Sequence record: DRR723986_5547
Direction: 5' to 3' (one strand)
DNA: 36,346 bases
Below the pieces are notes generated by a model, which saw only the letters and a program-made list of their open reading frames with translations, was not told where the DNA came from and did no database searches. Positions 27,712 through 36,346 of this stretch are shown piece by piece. Made by a program: the position numbers and the translations under genes. Within the stretch, counting starts at the first letter, position 1, and each line of letters begins with the position of its first letter.

Positions 27712-27914
27712 TGCCCTGCTCCTCTTCCAGCGACTCAAATCACGTTTCTTGCCCTACCCATCAGGAGGACACCCCCACGCTTGGTAGTTTTCGCTTCAAT
27801 GGCAACCGCTGATAACAGCCCCCCACAAGCGAAAACTAGCGCTAGGTGTGACAATTGTTCGGCGCTGTATGTGCGTTAGCTTCACTACCAGACGCGGAGC
27901 CCGTACAACCGTTA

Positions 27915-27948
27915 CAGGCAGACATGCCTGCGACGAGCGGGCTATGCT
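27915..27948 (+). promoter_or_regulatory. Palindrome and -10-like box upstream of the ABC ATPase
   Basis: CAGGCA-N4-TGCCTG (27915-27930) and TATGCT (27943-27948). Confidence 0.3.
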
Positions 27949-27954
27949 GGTCCG

Positions 27955-29124
27955 ATGACCGAATTGCCACATCATCTTCCCGGCACTATCTTCCCGGCAC
28001 TGCAAAAGAACACTGGCGTGAGTGAACCCACAGGCCCCAAAATTGAACTTCAGTGCGTGACCAAACGGTTTGAAGGCGTCAGCGCTGCCGATGAGATTTC
28101 GCACTGCTTCGCCGCTGGCACGACCACCGCAATTGCTGGTTACAGCGGTGCCGGGAAGTCGACATTGCTGCGGATCATCGCCGGTCTAGAACCCATGGAC
28201 GGGGGAAACATCCTGCTCGATGGCCAAGATGCGCGAAAGCTACCGCCAGCGAAGCGCGGTATCGCATACCTCAACCAAGACGCAGCGCTTTACACCGGAC
28301 ACTCGCTGGTTCGCAATCTCGAACTCTCGTTGAAGCAACTAAAACTCCCCAGTAGTGAACTGCGGCAACGCATCACCGAAGCCCTAGAGATTCTCGACCT
28401 GGCCGGGCTGGAGAAACGCACGCCCGAACAGCTTAGCGGTGGTCAAAGGCAGCGTGCCGCGCTTGCAAAAGCTCTCGCTCGCCGCGCCCCAGTTGTGCTA
28501 CTCGATGAACCGTTCAGCCAACTAGACGTTGCAAACCGCAATCGCCTTCGCAACTACATTCGCTCCATCCAGGAAAGTTACCATCCTACGATCATCCTGG
28601 TTTCCCACGATCCGCTCGACGCACAGCTCCTGGCCGAATCGCTGCTGATCATCAACGACGGCAAGGCCTTGCAGGACGGTACACCTGTGGACACGTACCG
28701 CGATCCCAGATTCTTGCCATCGTTAGAGCTCACAAGCTCGCTGGGTCTGAATAAATGCGTCGAACCAACTCTGGGATTCCCTGCAACTACAGCTCGCCCG
28801 CTGCTGTTCCGCCCCGAGGAAGCACGCATCAGTGCACCAGCGGACACACACAGTGCAGCACCAAACCACCCCGACGGCCTGCGTAGAGAACCATGTCGGT
28901 TCTTATTCAAGACACTCTTGGGGCCCTATTGGCTGGTCGATGTCGAACTATCCAACCAATCCATCGCGGCTATCGCGACACTTGAGGCGATGGAAGAAAT
29001 CGTTGCTAGCAAGAGCCCGATCCCCGGCGACGCACTCGTGTTAACTGTGCACGAAGACCGCGTCTGGCGCGCTGATGGTGATGGCTCGAATAGAATCGCC
29101 CAAGCAAGCAACACGCCCAGCTAG
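27955..29124 (+). CDS. ABC transporter ATP-binding protein (MalK/PotA/CysA-like), orphan
   Basis: Walker A GYSGAGKS, Q-loop, LSGGQ signature, Walker B VVLLDEP and H-loop SHD; TOBE-like tail. The start may be GTG 28018. Confidence 0.92.
   Translation: MTELPHHLPGTIFPALQKNTGVSEPTGPKIELQCVTKRFEGVSAADEISHCFAAGTTTAIAGYSGAGKSTLLRIIAGLEPMDGGNILLDGQDARKLPPAKRGIAYLNQDAALYTGHSLVRNLELSLKQLKLPSSELRQRITEALEILDLAGLEKRTPEQLSGGQRQRAALAKALARRAPVVLLDEPFSQLDVANRNRLRNYIRSIQESYHPTIILVSHDPLDAQLLAESLLIINDGKALQDGTPVDTYRDPRFLPSLELTSSLGLNKCVEPTLGFPATTARPLLFRPEEARISAPADTHSAAPNHPDGLRREPCRFLFKTLLGPYWLVDVELSNQSIAAIATLEAMEEIVASKSPIPGDALVLTVHEDRVWRADGDGSNRIAQASNTPS
27974..28001. repeat. Perfect 14-bp tandem duplication
   Basis: ATCTTCCCGGCACT x2 (27974-27987, 27988-28001). 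Confidence 0.9.
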
Positions 29125-29155
29125 GCACGCCATTACACCTAAATGCAGCCATTCA

Positions 29156-32100
29156 CTATTGCTGGCGAGTGGCTTTGTAGAAAGCCTCCCACTGCCGCCT
29201 GAGGCTTTCCGGAGGCCTTCGTCTTCCAGTCGAACTGGAGAACTGACGAAAGTCATCGTTATCGGCTGTCGGAGCAAGTGAGCCTGAGCGGTCACTATTG
29301 CGATTCAGACTTTCAAGCATATCGAGCCAACGCTGGCGATCTTCTTCGGTACCATTGGCCGCCAAGTCTCGAGCCTGATTCCAACGGTCGACAAATCGCT
29401 GCATATCGCTTTCGGTCCAGTCGAGTTTTTTGAGCAGTTCTGGATCGGGCTGATCTCGCTGCCGATCAAGGTAGTCGAGCACCATGTTCGTCGCCTCCTC
29501 AGAAAACTCCTCGTTCGCTTTGTCTCCCGGCCCCGCCGCGCTGCCGCTGGATCCACTACCAGATTTCCCTTCGGCGGAATTGGCCGAGTTTGTTTTCCCT
29601 GGTCCCGGCTTGCTGGAGGACGATTGGCTGTTCTGGTTGCTCTGCGGCTGACTGCCTTGTTGCTGACTATTCTCCTGAGATTGGTTGCCTTGCTGCTGGC
29701 TATTTTGTTGCTGCGAGTTTTCCCCCTGGGAGGCCGGATCGCCCGGTTGTTTGGCGGACTGCTGCTCGCCTGACTGGGACTGCGATGGCTTGGTCCCATC
29801 TGAATTCGACTCTTCCGAGTTCGAACCATTAGACTTCGGCGACTCTGAACTGTCCTTTGCTCCCTCGCCGCTCTTGCCAGCCTCAGACTCTCCCTGGCCA
29901 GCACTATCCGCGCTAGACTTTGATTGCTCGCCTGGCTTCCCCTGCTTCCCGGATTCGCTCTGCTTCCCGGATTCACCCTGTTTCGAGGATCCGCTCTGCC
30001 CAGACTCACTTTGTTGAGCACCGCCGTCGCCAGATTTTTCGCTTCCGGATGAGGACTGTTCGCCCGAAGATGATTCTCCAGCGGACGATTTGCCACTATC
30101 TGAACCATCTCTCCCAGACGCATCATCCTGCTTACCTGCGCCGCTGTCGTTACCGCTCGACTGGTCGTTCGAATCGTTGCTGCCTGAGTTGTCCCCGTTT
30201 TGGTTTCGGCTTTGGTCTCCACTCTTGCTGTTGTCGCTACGGTCTCCGCCTTGCTGCGGATCGGTGTTTTGCGAGCCGTTCCCATTCGAGCCATCATTGG
30301 AACGCTCGTCCTGACCCGAGGCTGAATCGCGGGACTGGGACTGCGTGCCCTCTTGACCCGCCCCCGATTGGTTTTCCGCGTTTTGGTTTGCCGAATCACC
30401 TTGGTCGGCCCCCTGGCCGCCGGTCGGCTGCTCCTGATTCGAACCGTCACGGGAAGGATCTTTTGAGCCGTTCCCTTCGGAGGCAGAAGTATCGCCATCA
30501 GGTTGCCCTTGCGAATTTTTGCCACCACCTTCACTGGAGTTGCCGTTCTGTCCTTGGTCCTGCTCAGAACTGTCAGAATTACCTGAATTACGACCGTCAT
30601 TTGACTGTGTTTTTTCCGAGCTATCGCTTGGCCGCTGGTTCTCGCCGCTGGAGTTCTGCGATCGTTCACCGCCAGACTGAGCCCCGGTTTCATCTGGATT
30701 TTGATTCGATGCGCTGCCAGAGTTGGCATTCTGCTCCGGCGAGCGATCACCCTGCTGGCCGTTTCGTTTCTGCTGATCGATGAAATCCTTTACACGCCGC
30801 ATTGCGTCTGAGTCATCTTGGGGACCGCCCTGCTGTGGTGATTGACCGTTGGCAGAGTCACCGCTCTGTGGAGAGGCATCCTGCGAAGAAGCATTTTGCC
30901 CTGAGTCGTTTTGCCCTGAAGCACTCTGCTCGCTTGAGTTCTGCCCATTGTTCCCGCTCTGATTCGCAGCATTTTGACTTTGATTGTCCGCCCCAACTTG
31001 CCCTGAATTTTTCGATTGCGTTGAATCAGACTGCCCCGAACCTGACTGTCCCCCGCCAGTTTGCTCTGGGCCTGACTGTCCTGAACCTGACTGCTCGCTG
31101 CTCGTATTACCTTCACTAGACTGATCGCCAGAACTTTGATTCTGGCCACCTTGCGAGCCGCCTTCTCCAGACTGCTCGGAACCAGATTGACCTTGCCCGG
31201 CCCCACCTTGCTGATTCCCCTTGTTGCCTTCAGCCCCGCCGTCGTTCGACTGCGCACCACCAGAAGAACCGCCCCCAGACTCGCCACCTTGTTCACCGGA
31301 CTTTCCACTTTGGTTCTGATTGTTCGGTGTGGAATTCGATTGCCCGCCGCTGGAATTGTCGCTATCCCGACCGCCTTCCTGTGCACCCGATGGTTGCGCA
31401 TCATCGGCCCCAGACTGATTGCCCAACTGCTGTTCATCGTTGGGCTGCTGTGGGTCGACAATATCCAAGAACAACGGCTCAGCTTCTGCTGAATTGGGCG
31501 ACAACTTTCCTTCAGCATCATGGCGATTGTCTACCGCGGTCGCTCGTAGTTCGATGACGTCGCCAGGCTTCACGCGCAGCGCACGAACGTTCAGCGGCTG
31601 TCGCTTCGACTGTTTGCCGCGCAGCCCATCTCCTGAGATTACGTCGACATGTGTCACGTGCTGGTCATTCTTCAGCACAGACAGTCGCACGGCAGTTAGG
31701 CCAAAATCTGGATCCAAAGCGCGGACATCGATATTTAGCTTCGCAGTTGGACGAACGCGTAGCCGTCTGCTGGGCGGTCCAACAATCTCCACTTCGGGCG
31801 GAAGATCCGCCAGTACGGAAATCTGGTGCAAGACTGGATCTGGGTTCGTATCGCCCTTTTCGTTCAGCACTCGCACGCGGTAGCCAACGATCGATGGACT
31901 GCTGCCTTGATCGTCGAGCTCAAGCATCCACTGGCCGGAAAGCTTACGAGCATTCACTTCCATCGAAACGCGTCGCTCAGCAGACTTGTACTGACCATCC
32001 TCGTCAACTTGCGGGTTCACTTCGATCGTGCCGTACTTCATCGGCGCGTTGCTTTGGGCGCGAACGGTCACACGAGTCCCCTCAACGGCCTCAACATTCC

Positions 32101-33085
32101 CAGGAACAACCGACTGTTTAGGGATCTTCGTATACGGCGGATACTCTAGTTCGAGCAATTCAACATTTACAGTTGGCAGCGGCTGAAGATCCACGTGATA
32201 TTCGCTGCTGCGAGCATCACCGGCGCGGACGTAGTAGGACAATTCGTGTTCAACGCCGCGAGAAGCGGTTTTCAGTTCACCGACGAACGTGTAGCTAACG
32301 TTGGTTGGCTTCAGGATCAGGATATCATTCTCAATTTGGCGATCCTTGGATGAGTAGACCATTTCGACAGGTTCGCCGTCACGAGTTCCACGCACTTCAG
32401 CTTGAATCAGCAGCGGCTTGCCGAAAGTTATCGTGGCGTTGCCCGGTGTAACGCTTGCAATGCTAACTCGAGTTGGTGCTGCCGTAGAACTCCAGGGCAT
32501 CAGCATCCGCTGAGCCGTGTCAAAGACACTCTTCGGGCTAACAATCGCATACAACGCCATGCCAGCCGACAGAAGCAAGAACGCTCCAATCAACTTGATC
32601 AGCGGACTTGTATCAACGGTCGACGACGGCTCTTGACCACCGATGAAACGCATCGCTCGACCCGTCAAGCCAGCCATGATTCCGCGGGGCACTCCACCGG
32701 GGCTATCCTGAAGCTGCAACCAAGAAATGAGCCCGTTCTTGAAACGCGGCTCAACATGCTCGATGCGGATCGCGGCGTACTCGGGATTGATTCGCCCCAT
32801 CACCAAAGGCAAGATCTGACGCCACGCGACAAATGCAAATGCCGCAGCGCCCAGCAACCAGATCATCCAGCGGACAAAAATTGGCACTGGGAACACCCAA
32901 TGGTCGACAACACAGGCCAACAACCAGGCTGCCAGCGTGACGACGGCGCAGGCAAACAATCGGGTCAACAAATCGAGGTACTTGATGACCGAGGCAGTTT
33001 TACGGACGTGGTCGACCAATTGCCCCTGGGCCTTGGCCTGCCGGCTCGACTTCTCCGCCGCTTTATCCGTCGCAACTGCACTCAT
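29156..33085 (-). CDS. Large membrane-anchored protein with Ig-like beta domains and a ~640-aa S/G/Q/N low-complexity region (DUF4175-like)
   Basis: Three N-terminal TM segments with AA.RIE...P..KNGLIS; beta-rich middle (YYVRAGD, YP.YT, D.PP.V, D.D.GL); disordered region ~29525-31450; helical C-terminus. Confidence 0.8.
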   Translation of the reverse strand: MSAVATDKAAEKSSRQAKAQGQLVDHVRKTASVIKYLDLLTRLFACAVVTLAAWLLACVVDHWVFPVPIFVRWMIWLLGAAAFAFVAWRQILPLVMGRINPEYAAIRIEHVEPRFKNGLISWLQLQDSPGGVPRGIMAGLTGRAMRFIGGQEPSSTVDTSPLIKLIGAFLLLSAGMALYAIVSPKSVFDTAQRMLMPWSSTAAPTRVSIASVTPGNATITFGKPLLIQAEVRGTRDGEPVEMVYSSKDRQIENDILILKPTNVSYTFVGELKTASRGVEHELSYYVRAGDARSSEYHVDLQPLPTVNVELLELEYPPYTKIPKQSVVPGNVEAVEGTRVTVRAQSNAPMKYGTIEVNPQVDEDGQYKSAERRVSMEVNARKLSGQWMLELDDQGSSPSIVGYRVRVLNEKGDTNPDPVLHQISVLADLPPEVEIVGPPSRRLRVRPTAKLNIDVRALDPDFGLTAVRLSVLKNDQHVTHVDVISGDGLRGKQSKRQPLNVRALRVKPGDVIELRATAVDNRHDAEGKLSPNSAEAEPLFLDIVDPQQPNDEQQLGNQSGADDAQPSGAQEGGRDSDNSSGGQSNSTPNNQNQSGKSGEQGGESGGGSSGGAQSNDGGAEGNKGNQQGGAGQGQSGSEQSGEGGSQGGQNQSSGDQSSEGNTSSEQSGSGQSGPEQTGGGQSGSGQSDSTQSKNSGQVGADNQSQNAANQSGNNGQNSSEQSASGQNDSGQNASSQDASPQSGDSANGQSPQQGGPQDDSDAMRRVKDFIDQQKRNGQQGDRSPEQNANSGSASNQNPDETGAQSGGERSQNSSGENQRPSDSSEKTQSNDGRNSGNSDSSEQDQGQNGNSSEGGGKNSQGQPDGDTSASEGNGSKDPSRDGSNQEQPTGGQGADQGDSANQNAENQSGAGQEGTQSQSRDSASGQDERSNDGSNGNGSQNTDPQQGGDRSDNSKSGDQSRNQNGDNSGSNDSNDQSSGNDSGAGKQDDASGRDGSDSGKSSAGESSSGEQSSSGSEKSGDGGAQQSESGQSGSSKQGESGKQSESGKQGKPGEQSKSSADSAGQGESEAGKSGEGAKDSSESPKSNGSNSEESNSDGTKPSQSQSGEQQSAKQPGDPASQGENSQQQNSQQQGNQSQENSQQQGSQPQSNQNSQSSSSKPGPGKTNSANSAEGKSGSGSSGSAAGPGDKANEEFSEEATNMVLDYLDRQRDQPDPELLKKLDWTESDMQRFVDRWNQARDLAANGTEEDRQRWLDMLESLNRNSDRSGSLAPTADNDDFRQFSSSTGRRRPPESLRRQWEAFYKATRQQ
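29942..29995. repeat. 18-bp coding tandem repeat (hexapeptide ESGKQ[S/G])
   Basis: CTGCTTCCCGGATTCGCT / CTGCTTCCCGGATTCACC / CTGTTTCGAGGATCCGCT. Confidence 0.75.
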
Positions 33086-33172
33086 GCCAACCTACTCTCG
33101 ACGTAAACCATCTTGCACGGCAAAGACCAAAACACGCCCATCATTAGTGAGGGCCGATTTGGAGCTGAGCGC

Positions 33173-33200
33173 AATGCGGCGATCGAAATGTGGCGATCGC
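33173..33200. repeat. 14-bp tandem duplication containing the palindrome CGATCG
   Basis: AATGCGGCGATCGA / AATGTGGCGATCGC. Confidence 0.7.
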
Positions 33201-33234
33201 TTAGTTGTTTCCAATGTACGCTCTCTGCTTCAAT

Positions 33235-33240
33235 ATTATA
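33235..33240 (-). promoter_or_regulatory. Consensus -10 box upstream of the 1309-aa gene
   Basis: Minus-strand TATAAT 150 nt upstream of the ATG; no matching -35. Confidence 0.4.
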
Positions 33241-33496
33241 GACGACCGCTGGCAGTGCGTTACGAACCGGCCAAACAGTAGTGGGTGCGAATATTGACCG
33301 CCTGGCTCACAATCATCGCAGTTTGCGTATGATATGGCCGCTGCGGCTCCTGCGTGACGCCGGAAATACAAGACACCTGGGAAGCGAATTCGCAGCCTGT
33401 GACGACTTTTCCGGTCGGTAGACACTAATCTGCCATCGCCAAGGCCCAAACAACATCTATCAGGTTTATCCACTGGCCTCCTGCGCGGAATCTATC

Positions 33497-35083
33497 GTGC
33501 CCAACCTTAGCCCCATTGTTCATCTGCACGAGAAGGACACCGTCGTTGTCGCATTGCGAGATCTGAAGATCGGCGAAACGGTTGAAGTTGCCGGCGAGGC
33601 GTTTCAAGTCCGTGACTCGGTGCCAGCGGGCCATAAACTTGCGATCGCTCCGTGTGAAGTTGACCAGCCGGTCGTGAAGTTTGGATGGCCGATCGGCTTA
33701 GCTTCCGCTCGCATCGACACAGGCCAGCATGTTCATACGCAGAATGTGCGCTGCGAACTGCAATCGGATTTGCAAGACATTGCTACCGAGTTGCCCAAGA
33801 TCATTCCGCCCGCCAACATACCGACTTTTCAAGGTTACCACCGTCGCGATGGAAAAGTAGGAACGCGAAACTATGTGGCGGTGATCAGCAACGTCAACTG
33901 CTCGGCGTCGGTCGCCAAGATGATCGCGCGGCGTTTTCCGCCGGAGTATTTTGATCAGTATGAACACGTCGACGGGATCGTTGCTTTTCGTCACGAAGGC
34001 GGCTGCGCGATGAAGTGGGAGGGCTCTCGCCATCAGATGCTGACTCGTGTCTTGGGTGGAATGGCGAAGCATCCCAACATTGGTGGCTTTCTGTTGGTGG
34101 GACTTGGTTGCGAACAAGGCACGTTGGATCATCTCGTCAGTTCGCAAAAATTGCACTCTATTCAGATGCCTAGCTCGGCTGCTCTGGATTCTTCTCAGGC
34201 CGGTTCGCTACATCCTGATGCAGCGAGTTCACTGCCGATCCTGTCTATCCAAACCGAAGGCGGCACAGCGGCCACGGTCGAGCGCGGCACCGAAATCGCT
34301 GCGGAGTTGATTCAACAAGCCAACAACGCTAGGCGAACAACCGCGTCGGCGAGCCATCTTGTCTTGGCGACCGAATGCGGCGGATCAGACGGCTACTCCG
34401 GAATCAGCGCCAATCCAGCACTTGGCAACGCGGTCGATCGGCTCGTCGCCTGCGGTGGAACCGGCATTCTTGCTGAGACGTCCGAAATCTTTGGGGCAGA
34501 ACACCTACTTACCCGCCGAGCGCGATCCAAGGCGGTCGCGGAGAAGCTGCTGGAAAAGATTCAGTGGTGGCACTGGTACGCCGGACTCTACGGCGAAACC
34601 CTGGATAACAATCCTTCAGTCGGCAACAAGGCAGGTGGCCTGACGACCATCACCGAAAAATCACTAGGCGCTGTTAGCAAAGGGGGCACCATGCCGCTGG
34701 AAGCGGTCTACGAATACGCCGAACCTGTTGACGAGAAGGGGTTCGTGGTCATGGATAGCCCTGGGTTTGATCCGGCGAGCGTAACCGGAATGGTCGCCGG
34801 TGGTGCCAACCTGGTCGCATTTACGACAGGCCGTGGTAGCTGCTTTGGATTCAAGCCGACGCCGAGCGTCAAGATTGCTTCGAACACACCACTGTACGAG
34901 AGACTGCCGGACGATATGGATTTCAACGCGGGGCGTGTCCTCGAAGGAGAATCGATCGAGACGGTCGGTGCCGATCTTTTCGATCAGCTTCTTCGCACCG
35001 CCAGCGGTGAAAAGACCTGCAGTGAAATACTCGGCTTGGGTGATGAGGAATTTGTCCCATGGCTGGTTGGTCCAGTCCTGTAA
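33497..35083 (+). CDS. uxaA: UxaA-family altronate/galactarate dehydratase (SAF plus hydrolase domain)
   Basis: D.V.VAL, GHK.A, G.HVH..N (SAF domain); GY.R.DG.VGTRN, H.GGC, GLGCE, CGGSD..SG..ANP, GNK.GGLTTI.EKSLG and FTTGRG. Confidence 0.9.
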   Translation: MPNLSPIVHLHEKDTVVVALRDLKIGETVEVAGEAFQVRDSVPAGHKLAIAPCEVDQPVVKFGWPIGLASARIDTGQHVHTQNVRCELQSDLQDIATELPKIIPPANIPTFQGYHRRDGKVGTRNYVAVISNVNCSASVAKMIARRFPPEYFDQYEHVDGIVAFRHEGGCAMKWEGSRHQMLTRVLGGMAKHPNIGGFLLVGLGCEQGTLDHLVSSQKLHSIQMPSSAALDSSQAGSLHPDAASSLPILSIQTEGGTAATVERGTEIAAELIQQANNARRTTASASHLVLATECGGSDGYSGISANPALGNAVDRLVACGGTGILAETSEIFGAEHLLTRRARSKAVAEKLLEKIQWWHWYAGLYGETLDNNPSVGNKAGGLTTITEKSLGAVSKGGTMPLEAVYEYAEPVDEKGFVVMDSPGFDPASVTGMVAGGANLVAFTTGRGSCFGFKPTPSVKIASNTPLYERLPDDMDFNAGRVLEGESIETVGADLFDQLLRTASGEKTCSEILGLGDEEFVPWLVGPVL

Positions 35084-35223
35084 CCCTGTACCATGCTCCG
35101 TGAAACTCACCATGCTTTAGCGGCCCCTACAGGCCCCTGCTCTTTCCTGGGCAAATTCGCTCAACAGGAAACGCTGAAAACCGCGGCTTTTGATTCCGAC
35201 GCATCTATCAGATACGAAAACCC

Positions 35224-36279
35224 ATGGATTTTCGAAAACTCATCGTCGATCGATCACCAAACGCCACGACGGTCTGCAAGCGATGGCTGCTCCGATTGGG
35301 TTCACCAGCGTACCGTGGCGTGATGTCGCTTCGCAATCTGATGTACGACTGGGGCGTTAAGAAGTCGTTCCGCAGTCCCTTGCCAGTCATCTCCATCGGC
35401 AACCTTTCGGTCGGCGGGACCGGCAAGAGTCCAGCCGTCATGTGGCTGGTGCGACTGCTCCGCCAATCCGAGAAACGGGTTGCCATCCTTAGCCGTGGTT
35501 ACGGGGCACTGGATAGCGGCCAGAACGACGAAGCTCTTGAGATTGAAACGCAATTGCCAGATGTCCCACACCTACAACATCCCAATCGCGTCGCCAACGC
35601 AATCCTTGCCCACGAGGAACTGGACATGGAAGTACTGGTCCTTGACGATGGCTTCCAGCACCGGAAGCTCCAACGTGACCTAGATCTCGTTCTCATTGAT
35701 TCGACGGATCCTCCGAGTGCATTGTGGACACTGCCAGGCGGGCTTCTGCGGGAACCGCTGCCAGCATTGAAGCGAGCGGATTGCATTTGCCTGACGCGCA
35801 CCTCCCAAGCCGTACCAGCGGAGTTGAGCCGTTTGCGACACCAAGTGAATCGCGTGGCACCAGGCACACCAGTGCTTCAATCAAATCATGCGCCATCGGC
35901 TCTTTGGCAGTTGGACCACGGTCGACTGCCACTGCCGGAACTTACGGGAATGAAGGTGCTTGCATTCTGCGGAATTGGAAACCCAGATTCCTTCTTTTCA
36001 GGCCTCAAGGAAGCTGGCGCTGAACTCATCGACACGCGCTCGTGGCCCGACCACCATGCCTACACTGCCGCTGATGTCTCGCAGCTCGAATCATGGGCCG
36101 CCGAACACCCCGATGCATCATCGTTTGTCTGTACGATGAAGGACTGGGTCAAGCTGCAGGTTGCGGAAATTGGTGGCCTACCGCTTCGTGCGCTCTTGGT
36201 TGAATTTGCGGTCGAAGAAGACGAGCATCTGCATGAGTTTTTGAAGATGCTATCGGAGACGGTCGATTCAGATCGCTGA
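35224..36279 (+). CDS. lpxK: Tetraacyldisaccharide 4'-kinase
   Basis: VISIGNLSVGGTGKSP, LSRGYG, LDDGFQH, LPGGLLREP, GIGNP..F, PDHH and T.KD.VKL. Confidence 0.96.
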   Translation: MDFRKLIVDRSPNATTVCKRWLLRLGSPAYRGVMSLRNLMYDWGVKKSFRSPLPVISIGNLSVGGTGKSPAVMWLVRLLRQSEKRVAILSRGYGALDSGQNDEALEIETQLPDVPHLQHPNRVANAILAHEELDMEVLVLDDGFQHRKLQRDLDLVLIDSTDPPSALWTLPGGLLREPLPALKRADCICLTRTSQAVPAELSRLRHQVNRVAPGTPVLQSNHAPSALWQLDHGRLPLPELTGMKVLAFCGIGNPDSFFSGLKEAGAELIDTRSWPDHHAYTAADVSQLESWAAEHPDASSFVCTMKDWVKLQVAEIGGLPLRALLVEFAVEEDEHLHEFLKMLSETVDSDR

Positions 36280-36281
36280 GC

Positions 36282-36346
36282 CAATGGTTCGCTAAGCAAC
36301 GGATCGCTTCGTCAACGGACCGCTTCGCCAATGGACCGCTTCGCCA
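36282..36346. repeat. 16-bp tandem repeat CAAYGGAYCGCTTCGY, truncated by the window end
   Basis: Degenerate CAATGGTTCGCTAAG, then CAACGGATCGCTTCGT (36297), CAACGGACCGCTTCGC (36313), CAATGGACCGCTTCGC (36329) and CA. Confidence 0.9.

Noticed and set aside
29305-31521. Long Arg-rich same-strand ORFs (481 aa and 243 aa) overlapping the 1309-aa gene
   Set aside because: They lie in the +1 frame of a region almost free of hydrophobic codons. Stops in +1 need T at codon position 2, so the frame stays open by composition. It closes exactly at the one hydrophobic island (GTA AAG gives TAA at ~30790).
33201-33473. 90-aa minus-strand ORF in the 33.1-33.5 kb gap (likewise 7459-7713, 7533-7817 and 8586-8849)
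   Set aside because: No family motifs or convincing RBS; the lengths are expected by chance at this GC content.
36282-36346. Terminal repeats (also 1-40) as a possible CRISPR array edge
   Set aside because: The units are 16-17 bp and directly adjacent with no spacers, and there are no cas genes.

Overview
Chromosomal segment of a planctomycete, probably Pirellulaceae/Rhodopirellula-like. The basis for that call is a PSCyt/DUF1549-DUF1553 plus DUF1501 pair, a planctomycete-type LexA helix and several phylum-typical hypothetical proteins. There are 26 supportable CDS. Housekeeping and metabolic genes are trpBA, a comB-like phosphatase, an RlmI-like methyltransferase, cutA, yidD, GNAT, GT4, an OYE flavin oxidoreductase, an orphan ABC ATPase, a UxaA-family dehydratase and lpxK. 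DNA-maintenance genes are unusually dense: recQ, HNH, SRAP/YedK, lexA-like and uvrD/pcrA. I see no tRNA, rRNA, CRISPR array, transposase or integrase. Four leads stand out. (1) An intact HNH nuclease has an IscB PLMP-like N-terminus (IshB-like layout) and is flanked on both sides by hairpin-rich non-coding DNA, a candidate RNA-associated nuclease. (2) A LexA paralogue has an intact DNA-binding domain but no catalytic Lys and a degenerate Ala-Gly site, and may share an operon with uvrD and a flavin oxidoreductase. (3) A free-standing RNA polymerase alpha-CTD mini-protein sits head-to-head with uvrD, with its own promoter and structured UTRs. (4) A 400-nt structured leader precedes a DUF6580 transporter. 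All family calls come from motif recognition by eye and all RNA structures from manual pairing; no searches or folding programs were run.
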